Shown here: positions 1 through 11,900 of the stretch, piece after piece
How the letters are laid out: each line of letters starts with the position of its first letter
How positions within the stretch are numbered: position 1 is the first letter of the stretch
NCBI GenBank assembly: GCA_964016885.1
Contig: OZ024740.1
Coordinates: forward strand, 116,436,001 to 116,500,000
Reading direction: 5' to 3'
Source of the DNA: Eledone cirrhosa
Lineage: Eukaryota
DNA length: 64,000 bases
Notes under the pieces: model-generated
The model's input: only the letters and a program-made list of their open reading frames with translations
What the model was told of the DNA's origin: nothing
Databases searched by the model: none
Translations under genes and position numbers: made by a program

Positions 1-57
1 ATGCAAATTAGGCTGCTCAGCCGTTAATTTTCATAAGGAAAGTATATACTTTCGAAC

Positions 58-144
58 GTTCAACTATCTGGCAGATGGGTAAACGGTGCTGATGATAGCT
101 AACAAGCTTGAAACTAGTACATCGTTCCTGTGTCAGTGTTGAAC
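58..144 (+). ncRNA. Type I hammerhead ribozyme, copy 1
   Basis: Stem I AACGGTG(82-88)/CATCGTT(120-126); CTGATGA 89-95; stem II AGCT-AACA-AGCT closed by U.U; GAAA 110-113; stem III ACTAGT; predicted cleavage after GUA (A119). Stem I extends via GGG/CCT, CTGGCA/TGTCAG and GTTCAAC/GTTGAAC. Confidence 0.85.
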
Positions 145-282
145 AAAAAGGTGACGTGGTTGCCTTAACACCGTATGGCATAAATTCAGGCTGTTCAGTT
201 TGTTTACAAACGAACAAAGCGACGTTAGCCCCGCTAAACTGATACGTGCATATATGTATGTGTACCTGTATGCATATGTATA

Positions 283-326
<44 letters not shown>

Positions 327-539
327 CATGCTACTGTACGTCTGTATACATATATGTATGTACGTATACATGCATACTTACATTTAAGTAAGTGCCATAC
401 TAAGAGTGAGAAATGAAATTTCGTTTTCATTTTGTTTCAATTTATCGTTTTCGGTATGCCTAACCGATTTAACTCACTCAATATGCAAATTAGGCTGCTC
501 AGCCGTTAATTTTCATAAGGAAAGTATATACTTTCGAAC

Positions 540-626
540 GTTCAACTATCTGGCAGATGGGTAAACGGTGCTGATGATAGCTAACAAGCTTGAAACTAGT
601 ACATCGTTCCTGTGTCAGTGTTGAAC
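540..626 (+). ncRNA. Type I hammerhead ribozyme, copy 2
   Basis: Identical to copy 1; CTGATGA at 571. Confidence 0.85.
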
Positions 627-764
627 AAAAAGGTGACGTGGTTGCCTTAACACCGTATGGCATAAATTCAGGCTGTTCAGTTTGTTTACAAACGAACAAA
701 GCGACGTTAGCGCCGCTAAACTGATACGTGCATATATGTATGTGTACCTGTATGCATATGTATA

Positions 765-808
<44 letters not shown>

Positions 809-1021
809 CATGCTACTGTACGTCTGTATACATATATGTATGTACGTATAGATGCATACTTACATTTAAGTAAGTGCCATACTAAGAGTGAGAAATGAAA
901 TTTCGTTTTCATTTTGTTTCAATTTATCGTTTTCGGTATGCCTAACCGATTTAACTCACTCAATATGCAAATTAGGCTGCTCAGCCGTTAATTTTCATAA
1001 GGAAAGTATATACTTTCGAAC

Positions 1022-1108
1022 GTTCAACTATCTGGCAGATGGGTAAACGGTGCTGATGATAGCTAACAAGCTTGAAACTAGTACATCGTTCCTGTGTCAG
1101 TGTTGAAC
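1022..1108 (+). ncRNA. Type I hammerhead ribozyme, copy 3
   Basis: Identical to copy 1; CTGATGA at 1053. Confidence 0.85.
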
Positions 1109-1246
1109 AAAAAGGTGACGTGGTTGCCTTAACACCGTATGGCATAAATTCAGGCTGTTCAGTTTGTTTACAAACGAACAAAGCGACGTTAGCGCCGCTA
1201 AACTGATACGTGCATATATGTATGTGTACCTGTATGCATATGTATA

Positions 1247-1294
<48 letters not shown>

Positions 1295-1507
1295 CATGCT
1301 ACTGTACGTCTGTATACATATATGTATGTACGTATACATGCATACTTACATTTAAGTAAGTGCCATACTAAGAGTGAGAAATGAAATTTCGTTTTCATTT
1401 TGTTTCAATTTATCGTTTTCGGTATGCCTAACCGATTTAACTCACTCAATATGCAAATTAGGCTGCTCAGCCGTTAATTTTCATAAGGAAAGTATATACT
1501 TTCGAAC

Positions 1508-1594
1508 GTTCAACTATCTGGCAGATGGGTAAACGGTGCTGATGATAGCTAACAAGCTTGAAACTAGTACATCGTTCCTGTGTCAGTGTTGAAC
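1508..1594 (+). ncRNA. Type I hammerhead ribozyme, copy 4
   Basis: Identical to copy 1; CTGATGA at 1539. Confidence 0.85.
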
Positions 1595-1732
1595 AAAAAG
1601 GTGACGTGGTTGCCTTAACACCGTATGGCATAAATTCAGGCTGTTCAGTTTGTTTACAAACGAACAAAGCGACGTTAGCGCCGCTAAACTGATACGTGCA
1701 TATATGTATGTGTACCTGTATGCATATGTATA

Positions 1733-1776
<44 letters not shown>

Positions 1777-1989
1777 CATGCTACTGTACGTCTGTATACA
1801 TATATGTATGTACGTATACATGCATACTTACATTTAAGTAAGTGCCATACTAAGAGTGAGAAATGAAATTTCGTTTTCATTTTGTTTCAATTTATCGTTT
1901 TCGGTATGCCTAACCGATTTAACTCACTCAATATGCAAATTAGGCTGCTCAGCCGTTAATTTTCATAAGGAAAGTATATACTTTCGAAC

Positions 1990-2076
1990 GTTCAACTATC
2001 TGGCAGATGGGTAAACGGTGCTGATGATAGCTAACAAGCTTGAAACTAGTACATCGTTCCTGTGTCAGTGTTGAAC
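1990..2076 (+). ncRNA. Type I hammerhead ribozyme, copy 5
   Basis: Identical to copy 1; CTGATGA at 2021. Confidence 0.85.
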
Positions 2077-2214
2077 AAAAAGGTGACGTGGTTGCCTTAA
2101 CACCGTATGGCATAAATTCAGGCTGTTCAGTTTGTTTACAAACGAACAAAGCGACGTTAGCGCCGCTAAACTGATACGTGCATATATGTATGTGTACCTG
2201 TATGCATATGTATA

Positions 2215-2258
<44 letters not shown>

Positions 2259-2471
2259 CATGCTACTGTACGTCTGTATACATATATGTATGTACGTATA
2301 CATGCATACTTACATTTAAGTAAGTGCCATACTAAGAGTGAGAAATGAAATTTCGTTTTCATTTTGTTTCAATTTATCGTTTTCGGTATGCCTAACCGAT
2401 TTAACTCACTCAATATGCAAATTAGGCTGCTCAGCCGTTAATTTTCATAAGGAAAGTATATACTTTCGAAC

Positions 2472-2558
2472 GTTCAACTATCTGGCAGATGGGTAAACGG
2501 TGCTGATGATAGCTAACAAGCTTGAAACTAGTACATCGTTCCTGTGTCAGTGTTGAAC
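2472..2558 (+). ncRNA. Type I hammerhead ribozyme, copy 6
   Basis: Identical to copy 1; CTGATGA at 2503. Confidence 0.85.
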
Positions 2559-2696
2559 AAAAAGGTGACGTGGTTGCCTTAACACCGTATGGCATAAATT
2601 CAGGCTGTTCAGTTTGTTTACAAACGAACAAAGCGACGTTAGCGCCGCTAAACTGATACGTGCATATATGTATGTGTACCTGTATGCATATGTATA

Positions 2697-2738
<42 letters not shown>

Positions 2739-2951
2739 CATGCTACTGTACGTCTGTATACATATATGTATGTACGTATACATGCATACTTACATTTAAG
2801 TAAGTGCCATACTAAGAGTGAGAAATGAAATTTCGTTTTCATTTTGTTTCAATTTATCGTTTTCGGTATGCCTAACCGATTTAACTCACTCAATATGCAA
2901 ATTAGGCTGCTCAGCCGTTAATTTTCATAAGGAAAGTATATACTTTCGAAC

Positions 2952-3038
2952 GTTCAACTATCTGGCAGATGGGTAAACGGTGCTGATGATAGCTAACAAG
3001 CTTGAAACTAGTACATCGTTCCTGTGTCAGTGTTGAAC
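2952..3038 (+). ncRNA. Type I hammerhead ribozyme, copy 7
   Basis: Identical to copy 1; CTGATGA at 2983. Confidence 0.85.
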
Positions 3039-3176
3039 AAAAAGGTGACGTGGTTGCCTTAACACCGTATGGCATAAATTCAGGCTGTTCAGTTTGTTTA
3101 CAAACGAACAAAGCGACGTTAGCGCCGCTAAACTGATACGTGCATATATGTATGTGTACCTGTATGCATATGTATA

Positions 3177-3213
<37 letters not shown>

Positions 3214-3268
3214 GTGCATGCTACTGTACGTCTGTATACATATATGTATGTACGTATACATGCATACC

Positions 3269-4176
<908 letters not shown>

Positions 4177-4348
4177 ATAATTGTTTCTATTTTAGGCACA
4201 AGGCCAGCAATTACCCAGTACATTACTGGTACTTTATTTTATCGACCCCGTAAGGATGAAAGGCAAAGTTAACCTCGGCAGGATTTGAACTCAGATCATA
4301 AAGGGACGTAACTCTATGCTTCAAAGCATGGTGTCCGACTCTCTACCG
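4177..4348 (-). mobile_element. tRNA-derived SINE, family A (Meta-like core)
   Basis: Minus strand has A-box-like TGGCAATATCGG, B-box GAGTTCAAATC and core GCCTTTCATCCTTACGGGGTCGATAAAATAAAGTACCAG; more than 10 copies in the window. Confidence 0.85.
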
Positions 4349-4442
4349 ATATTGCCAATCCACCGCCCTTATATATATAAATATATATATATAATATATA
4401 AATATATATGATATAATATATATATATAATATATATATAATA

Positions 4443-4561
4443 GAAGGCGTGTGGCTGAGTGGTTAGAGAATTGGATTCGCAATCGTAAGGTTGTGAGTTC
4501 GATTCCTGGACCAGGCGATGCGTTATGTCCTTGAGCAAGACACTTTATTTCACGTTGCTCC
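4443..4561 (+). mobile_element. tRNA-derived SINE, family B head (CORE-like), 3' truncated
   Basis: TGGCTGAGTGGTTAG A box, GAGTTCGATTCC B box, then TGTCCTTGAGCAAGACACTT. Confidence 0.8.
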
Positions 4562-4977
4562 TTCTACCTGGACTTGCGACCGATAGATAGTATTAGCAAT
4601 TGGAAAGACCAACGGAAACATTGTTCCCTCGGTCCTATTTGACGAAAGTTGATCGTTCCTTTTTATATAATATATATATATATGATATATATATATATAT
4701 AATATATATATATATATAATATATATAATATATATAATATATAATATATATAATATATATATATAATATATATATATAATATATATATATAATATATATA
4801 ATATATAATATATATAATATATATAATATATATATATAAATATAATATATAATATATATATGATATATATATATATATCTATATATATGATATATATCTA
4901 TATATATGATATATATCTATATATATCTATATATATATTATATATCTATATATATTATATATTATATATATTATAAA

Positions 4978-5012
<35 letters not shown>

Positions 5013-5116
5013 CATAATATATTGTATGTATATTTTAAACATTTTAAAAACCATTCACTATGAATTTTAAATTAGTTACTACGTCACTTACTTAGTCTCG
5101 GCGAAAACAAAGGGGA

Positions 5117-5157
5117 GTAATCGACGGTCACCGTTTCTAGCTCATTGTCAAGACTAC
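5117..5157 (-). ncRNA. Decayed copy of the U3-A8 hammerhead (5' strand of stem II deleted)
   Basis: Minus strand reads GTAGTC TTGACAA TGAGCTA GAAA CGGTGACCG TC GATTAC. Confidence 0.55.
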
Positions 5158-5494
5158 ATACCACTTCGCCTCTGACGAGAGTTATAGAAACTGGATTCTA
5201 TTAGAATTCCAGTCACATTTACAAGCTGTTTAACAGAGCGGCTGCCGGCCCAGCAAAAATTGGAATTAGAATTGATGTTCTGAAATAGCGATGTATATAT
5301 AAATATATGTCTTTAAATAAACATGCAATATATTATCAAATATACTATATGTACATTTATATATACACCGCTATTTCAGAGCACCAACACTAATTCCTAA
5401 ATTTTGCTGGGCTGGCAACTTCTCTGTTTAAACAGCTCGTAAACATGACTGGATTTCTATAAGAATCCAGCTTATATAACCCATGGCACAGGTG

Positions 5495-5558
5495 AAGTGG
5501 TATGTAGTCTTGACAACCGCTTATGAGCGAGAAACGGTGACCGTCGACTACTCCCCTT
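5495..5558 (+). ncRNA. Type I hammerhead ribozyme, U3-A8 core variant
   Basis: Stem I GTAGTC(5504-09)/GACTAC(5546-51); core TTGACAA 5510-16; stem II CGCT-TATG-AGCG; GAAA 5531-34; stem III ACGG-TGA-CCGT; GUC triplet ending 5545. Confidence 0.7.
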
Positions 5559-7459
5559 TGCTGTTGCCGAGACTAAGTACATGAGTCACCACTTTAAAAT
5601 TCATAGCGAATGGTCTTCAATATGATTATATAAACATACAGTATATTATCAAATATATTATACGTCGTACATTCATATATACATCGCTGTTTCAGAGCAC
5701 CAACGCTAAATCCATATATATATTATTCAGTTGATGAAAGCTGGTTGATCAAATAATCTGCCAACATTTTCGGAAACAGATGTAAAGCTTTCAACGATTT
5801 GTATTCCTTAGGATTTTCTCTGTAAGGTATCACCCGGAGTTTTAGTATAATAAATAAGAGAGGCGGTTTTATTTGTACATCTTCATTTTATTACCTAAGT
5901 CCATTATACGTATTTCAAAGACGCAAGGATATAATATAAAAACACCCTACCATGTTTTCCTCAGATGGATTGAGATGTATTTTCTTACCCATTGATATAT
6001 TTACGTGGTGTTAACAACGCTGCCCAGTACTCATATGAATAGTTTTTCTATCATAGCAGTTCTATTTGGAGTGAGCGACAGTATTGTTGCCGGCTTTGGT
6101 GGCTGTAAGAAATCGATGGCACCAAATTACCACAGAGATCATTTATTTCTTAGAATGGTTTCAAATTTTTTTTTTTTTTTTTTTTTTTTTGGCCGATGAA
6201 GGATAACATTCCTGAAACACGTGTCTGGCGTTCTCACACAGCTACTGAGATTGATTTGACATGATCACAGCTTAAAACATTCATAGAAAGATTTTTATAT
6301 GTAAAATATACATAAAGAGTTTGTATAATGCTTCATATACACCTCTAATATAAAAATAGTATATGCAAGCATGGTTGAATGATTCAAAAGTTCACTCCAC
6401 AACCATGAAATTGAGTTAGACGGAAACTGAAGACAATCTATAAATGGATTTCACCTGTAAGTTACTCATCCAGACTTGTCACATACTGTCTCACTGATTT
6501 GGCTTGAAAAATTACTTTAAAAATACACGTGCTTCCACTACTTACAGAGTAATCCAAGTGTTGGATGTTCAATTCATCAAACAATTAAATGTTCATTATC
6601 GAAACCGACGAAGAAACTAATCTATAACCATCCCTATGCATTTAAATAAGGCGATTTCAACTGGAATGTAAGGGAAGTAATCATGTCTAGCCCTAGTGAT
6701 AGCTTTCAAATACATGGTTATAATGTAGGAATTATTTCCCTTGTATGTAATGTATTTCCCGTATATAAAATAATTTCATCTTTCCTTTAAAGCAAGTCTT
6801 CGATTGATATATATTGATATCTACGTATGCACTCGTACATTAGTCGCACTTGTAGATAAGTCGTTATTTACGCAACATGGCCGAATGGTGAAGAAGTTTC
6901 CTGAGCAAGTAACATTTATCATAGCTTCGGATAGACACACCCATTGTGAATGAAACTAGTTAGAATAAAACTGGAAACAATAATTCAAACGACCAACCTA
7001 ATCATATACACTCAATGCTGTTACAAGGTCCGTTTCATGTGGTTTGTATTCCAGTATTACGGCTGTAGTGTTGCAGCATTTGTACAAACTTTATTTGCAC
7101 ATTACAATTGTTTCGATATCGATCAGCTCAGGACACAATCAAGGTGACGGAGCCCGACTCTTATTCAATACCTCATCCGAAGTTTCTCTCTCTGTAGAGA
7201 GAGAGAGAGAGAAAGAGAAAGAGAGACAGAGAGAGAGGTGATGAGACGGAGAAGACCACTAATGATGGTAGTACTCGATACATGGGGAGATACAGAGTGG
7301 GTATATGTAAAATCCAAGTGAACATGTAGATAAATCTTGTAAATTGAGAATACATGGGAGACAACGTTGACTTTCTTTTAGTAAACATTGCTAAATCTAA
7401 TAAATTGTAGTATGAGACTTACTTCCCTTGCATTACATAAATTTAACATTTTATCTAAA

Positions 7460-9383
7460 GTGTCGTTTTCAATAGGTTTCAAAGTCATAGCCATTGATAT
7501 GTGAAAACAGTCAGTTATGAGCACCTTGAAGCATGGGTGGTAGGCATACAAAAATAAAAAATAAAATTTAAAAAAAAAAAAAAAACAGGAAAAACGAGGA
7601 AAAAATGTTTCACACTGAAATCAATTTTTCAATAAATTTACCATAGTTGCAGTATTGTGTAATTTGGTGTGGTGCGTTGTGGTTTGTTTAGTGTATTGTG
7701 ATTTGCTTTGTTACAAGTTCTTTCTAGCGTTAGGACTAATTTACACTTTAATTTAAGTCAGAAAAACATTTTTTCCTTCGTTTTTTCATGTGCTATCAAC
7801 TAATCTTACCTCCAAGATGTTTGAAATCAACTATTTTTTTAGCATATTAACAACAAATATGATTTCTACTGCAAACAAAAACGACTAAACTTTGTGAATG
7901 GTTTTTCCTCCCACTTTCCTCCACTTTTTCTACAAAGTTAGTCGTTTTCAATAGGTTTCAAAGTTATATCCATTGATAATATGTGAAAAAAAAAATAGTC
8001 AATTGTGAGCACCTTGGAGATCAGTATGGGTGGTAGGCTCACACAAAAATAATAAAAAACAGGAAAGAAACCAGAAAAAAAAATGTGGTGCTTTTCAATA
8101 AATTTACCATAGTGTTGTGTGGTATGGTGTAATTTGGTGTGGTGTGTTTAGTGTGGTATTGTGTAATTTGGTGTGGTGCAGTGTGCCGTGTTTTGTGGTT
8201 TGCTTTGTTATAATTTTTTTTCAAAGGACTTTAATTTACGCTTTTATTTAAGTCAGAAAAACATTTTTCCCTTCGTTTTTTCACGAACTATCAACTAATC
8301 TTACCTCCAAGATGTTTGAAATCAACTATTTTTTTTAGCATATTAACAACAAATATGATTTCTACTCCAAACAAAAACGACTAAACTTTGTGAATGGTTT
8401 TTCCTCCCACTTTCCTCCCCACTTTTTCTACAAAGTTAGTCGTTTTCAAGAGGTTTCAAAATCATATCCATTGATATCTGAAAAGAATAGTCAATTGTGA
8501 GCACCTTGGAGATCAGTATGGGTGGTAGGCAAACAAAAAAAAAAAAACTAATAAAAAAAAAAAAAAACAATAAAGAAACCAGGCAAAAATGTTTCACACT
8601 GAGATTAAGGTGGTGTTTTTCAGTAAATTTACCATAGTATGGTTTAATTTGGTGTGGTGTGTATAATATCTTTCAAAGTAAAGAGTTTAATTTACACTGA
8701 TTTAATACAGAAAAGCATTTTTTTCCTTCGCTCACTTTGTGAATGGTTTTTCCTCCCACATTCCACCCTCCTACAACGTTAGTCATTTTCAATAGGTTTC
8801 AAAGTCATATCCATTGATAATATGTGGAACAAATAGTCAATTGTGAGTACCTTGGAGCTCAGAATGGGTAGGCACACACAAAAAACAAAAAAACTAAAAA
8901 AAAAATTTTTTTTAAATGGAAAGAAACCAGGAAAAATGTTTCACACTGAAATCAGGGTGGCTTTTTTCTCAATAAATTTATCATAGTGTAGTGTGGTATA
9001 GTGTAATTTGGTGTGGTGTGTTTAGAATGGTGTTGTTTGCTTTGTTATAATGTATTTCAAACGTAAAGAATTTAATTTACACTTTGATTTAATCCAGAAA
9101 AACATTTTTTCCTTCCTTTTTTCATGTGTTATCAACTAATCTGACCTTCAAGATGTTTGAAATCAACTATTTTTTTAGCATATTAACAACAAATATGATT
9201 TCTACTGCAATCAAAAACAAACTTTGTGAATGGTTTTTCCTCCCACTTTCCTCCCTCCTTCTGCAAAGTTAGTCGTTTTCAATAGGTTTCAAAGTTATAT
9301 CCATTGATATGTGAAAAAAATAGTCAATTGTGAGCACCTTGGAGATCAGTATGCGTGGTAGGCACACAAAAAAACAAAAAAAC

Positions 9384-9414
<31 letters not shown>

Positions 9415-11230
9415 ACCAGGCAAAAATGTTTCACACTGAGATTAAGGTGGTGTTTTTCAGTAAATTGACCCTAGTGTGTTGGGGTATGGTTTAATATGGT
9501 GTGGTGTGGTTGGTGTGGTATGGTATATCTTTCAAACGTAAAGAGTTTAATTTACACTTTGCTTTAATACAGAAAAGCATTTTTTTCCTTCGCTATCAAC
9601 TAATCTTACCTCCAAGATGTTTGAAATCAACTATTTTTTTAGCATATTAACAACAAATATGATTTCTACTGCAAACAAAAACGACTAAACTTTGTGAATG
9701 GTTTTTCCTCCCACTTTCTCTACAAAGTTAGTCGTTTTCAAGAGGTTACAAAATCATATCCATTGATATCTGAAAAAAAATAGTCAATTGTGAGCACCTT
9801 GGAGATCAGTATGGGTGGTAGGCAAACAAAAAAAAAAAAAACTAATAAAAAAAAAACTAATAAAAAAAAAAAACTAATAAAAAAAAACAATAAAGAAACC
9901 AGGCAAAAATGTTTCACACTGAGATTAAGGTGGCGTTTTTCAGTAAATTTACCATAGTGTGTTGGGGTATGGTTTAATTTGGTGTGGTGTGTATAATATC
10001 TTTCAAAGTAAAGAGTTTAATTTACACTGATTTAATACAGAAAAGCATTTTTTTTCCTTCGCTAACTTTGCGAATGGTTTTTATCCCACATTCCACCCTC
10101 CTACAACGTTAGTCATTTTCAATAGGTTTCAAAGTCATATCCATTGATAATATGTGGAACAAATAGTCAATTGTGAGTACCTTGGAGCTCAGAATGGGTA
10201 GGCACACACAAAAAACAAAAAACTAAAAAAAAAAAAAAAAATTAAAAAAAAATGGAAAGAAACCAGGAAAAATGTTTCACTGAAATCAGGGTGGCTTTTT
10301 TCTCAATAAATTTATCATAGTGTAGTGTGGTATAGTGTAATTTGGTGTGGTGTGTTTAGAATGGTGTTGTTTGCTTTGTTATAATGTCTTTCAAACGTAA
10401 GGAATTTAATTTACACTTTGATTTAATCCAGAAAAACATTTTTTCCTTCCTTTTTTCATGTGTTATCAACTAATCCGACCTTCAAGATGTTTGAAATCAA
10501 CTATTTTTTTAGCATATTAACAACAAATATATTTCTACTGCAATCAAAAACAAACTTTGCGAATGGTTTTTCCTCCCACTTTCCTCCCTCCTTCTGCAAA
10601 GTTAGTCGTTTTCAATAGGTTTCAAAGTTATATCCATTGATATGTGAAAAAAATAGTCAATTGTGAGCACCTTGGAGATCAGAATGGGTGGTAGGCACAC
10701 AAAAAAATTTAAAAAAATAAAAATCAGGAAAGATACCATAAAAAAATGCTACACACTGAGATTAAGGTGGTGTTTTTCAATAAATTTACCTAGTGTGGTG
10801 TGGTATGGTGTAATTTGGTGTGGTGTGGTTTGCTTTCTTATAATGTCTTTCAAACATAAGGAATTTAATTTACACTGATATAATCCAGAAAAACTTTTTC
10901 CTTCCTTTTTTCATGCGCTAATCTGACCTTCAAGATGACCTTCAAATATTTTTCTTTAGCATATTAACAACAAATATGATTTCTACACTATCAAAAACGA
11001 CTAACTTTGTGAATGGATTTTCCTCCCACATTCCACCCTCCTTCTACAAAGTTAGTCGTTTTCGACAGGTTTGAAAGTCATATCCATTGAAAATATGTGA
11101 AAAAAAATAGTGAATGCGACCATCTTGGCAGTCATGTGTGATAAAAAAAAAAATGTTCAAACAGAAATCCTGGTGTTTTATAAATTTACCTGGTTGAGGT
11201 ATAATCTGGTTTGGTGTAGTGTAGGTGAGT
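7460..11230. repeat. Complex satellite, about 9 diverged units of 340-500 bp with ~1.3-kb higher-order periodicity
   Basis: Marker GTCRTTTTCAATAGGTTTCAAAG recurs at ~7461, 7941, 8439, 8782, 9272, 9731, 10112, 10605 and 11055. Confidence 0.9.
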
Positions 11231-11299
11231 TTGGTGTAGTGCTATAGTTTAATTCTCCCTAAAATTTAAATCCCATCCTATAACTTTTTCACCTGGATT

Positions 11300-11900
11300 A
11301 TTGTTAGCGTTAGTTTAGGTTAGGTTAGAGTTAGTTTAGCGTTAGGTTAGAGTTAGGGTTAGGGTAACGTTAGGTTAGCGTTAGTGTTAGGTTAGCATTA
11401 GTGTTAGGTTAGGTTAGGTTAGTGTTAGGTTAGCATTAGGTTAGGTTAGCGTTAGGTTAGCATTAGTGTTAGGTTAGGTTAGCATTAGAGTTAGAGTTGG
11501 GTTAGCATTAGAGTTAGAGTTGGGTTAGCATTAGAGTTAGGTTAGGGTGAGGTTAGCATTAGAATTAGGGTTAGCATAAGAGTTAGCATTAGAGTTAGCA
11601 TTAGAGTTAGCATTAGCGTTAGAGTTAGCATTAGAGTTAGAGTTAGCGTTAGGTCAGCAGTAGAGTAGAGTAGAGTTAGGAGTAGAGCAGAGCAGAGCAG
11701 GCTTAACGTTTGCATTAGTGTTTGGGTTAGGGTTTCTGTTTGTGTTTCTGCTAGTGTTTCTGCTAGTGCTAGTGTTAGTGTTCAGTTAAGTGTTTGTGTG
11801 TGTTTGTGTTAGTTTTCGTGTTAGTGTTCCGATTAGCATTAGTGTTAAGTTAACTGTTAGGGTGTGTGTTAGTGATCGCGTTAGGGCAAGTGTCATTTTT
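11300..11900 (+). repeat. Telomere-variant array (TTAGG/TTAGGG/TTAGAG/TTAGCA), degenerating rightwards
   Basis: Directly visible. Confidence 0.85.

Larger units (their letters stand above)
1..3268 (+). mobile_element. Tandem array of ~482-bp hammerhead-containing units (non-LTR retrozyme / satellite-2-like); 6 full units plus 1 partial, probably continuing left of the window
   Basis: Units start at 1, 483, 965, 1451, 1933, 2415 and 2895 (periods 482, 482, 486, 482, 482, 480). Length differences lie in the internal (TA)n; I saw only two substitutions. Each unit has one hammerhead core. Confidence 0.9.
5014..5712. mobile_element. Diverged ~315-bp hammerhead-containing unit, present as an inverted pair plus partial tandem copies
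   Basis: 5014-5304 is the diverged reverse complement of 5355-5649; 5319-5400 recurs at 5632-5712. Confidence 0.75.

Noticed and set aside
1-3268. Array as tandem snRNA, 5S or SL RNA genes, or as a CRISPR array
   Set aside because: No recognisable snRNA/5S/tRNA sequence despite the octamer; no unique spacers or cas genes; eukaryotic context
4443-4515. tRNA gene
   Set aside because: A and B boxes run into a SINE core shared with many copies; no convincing cloverleaf
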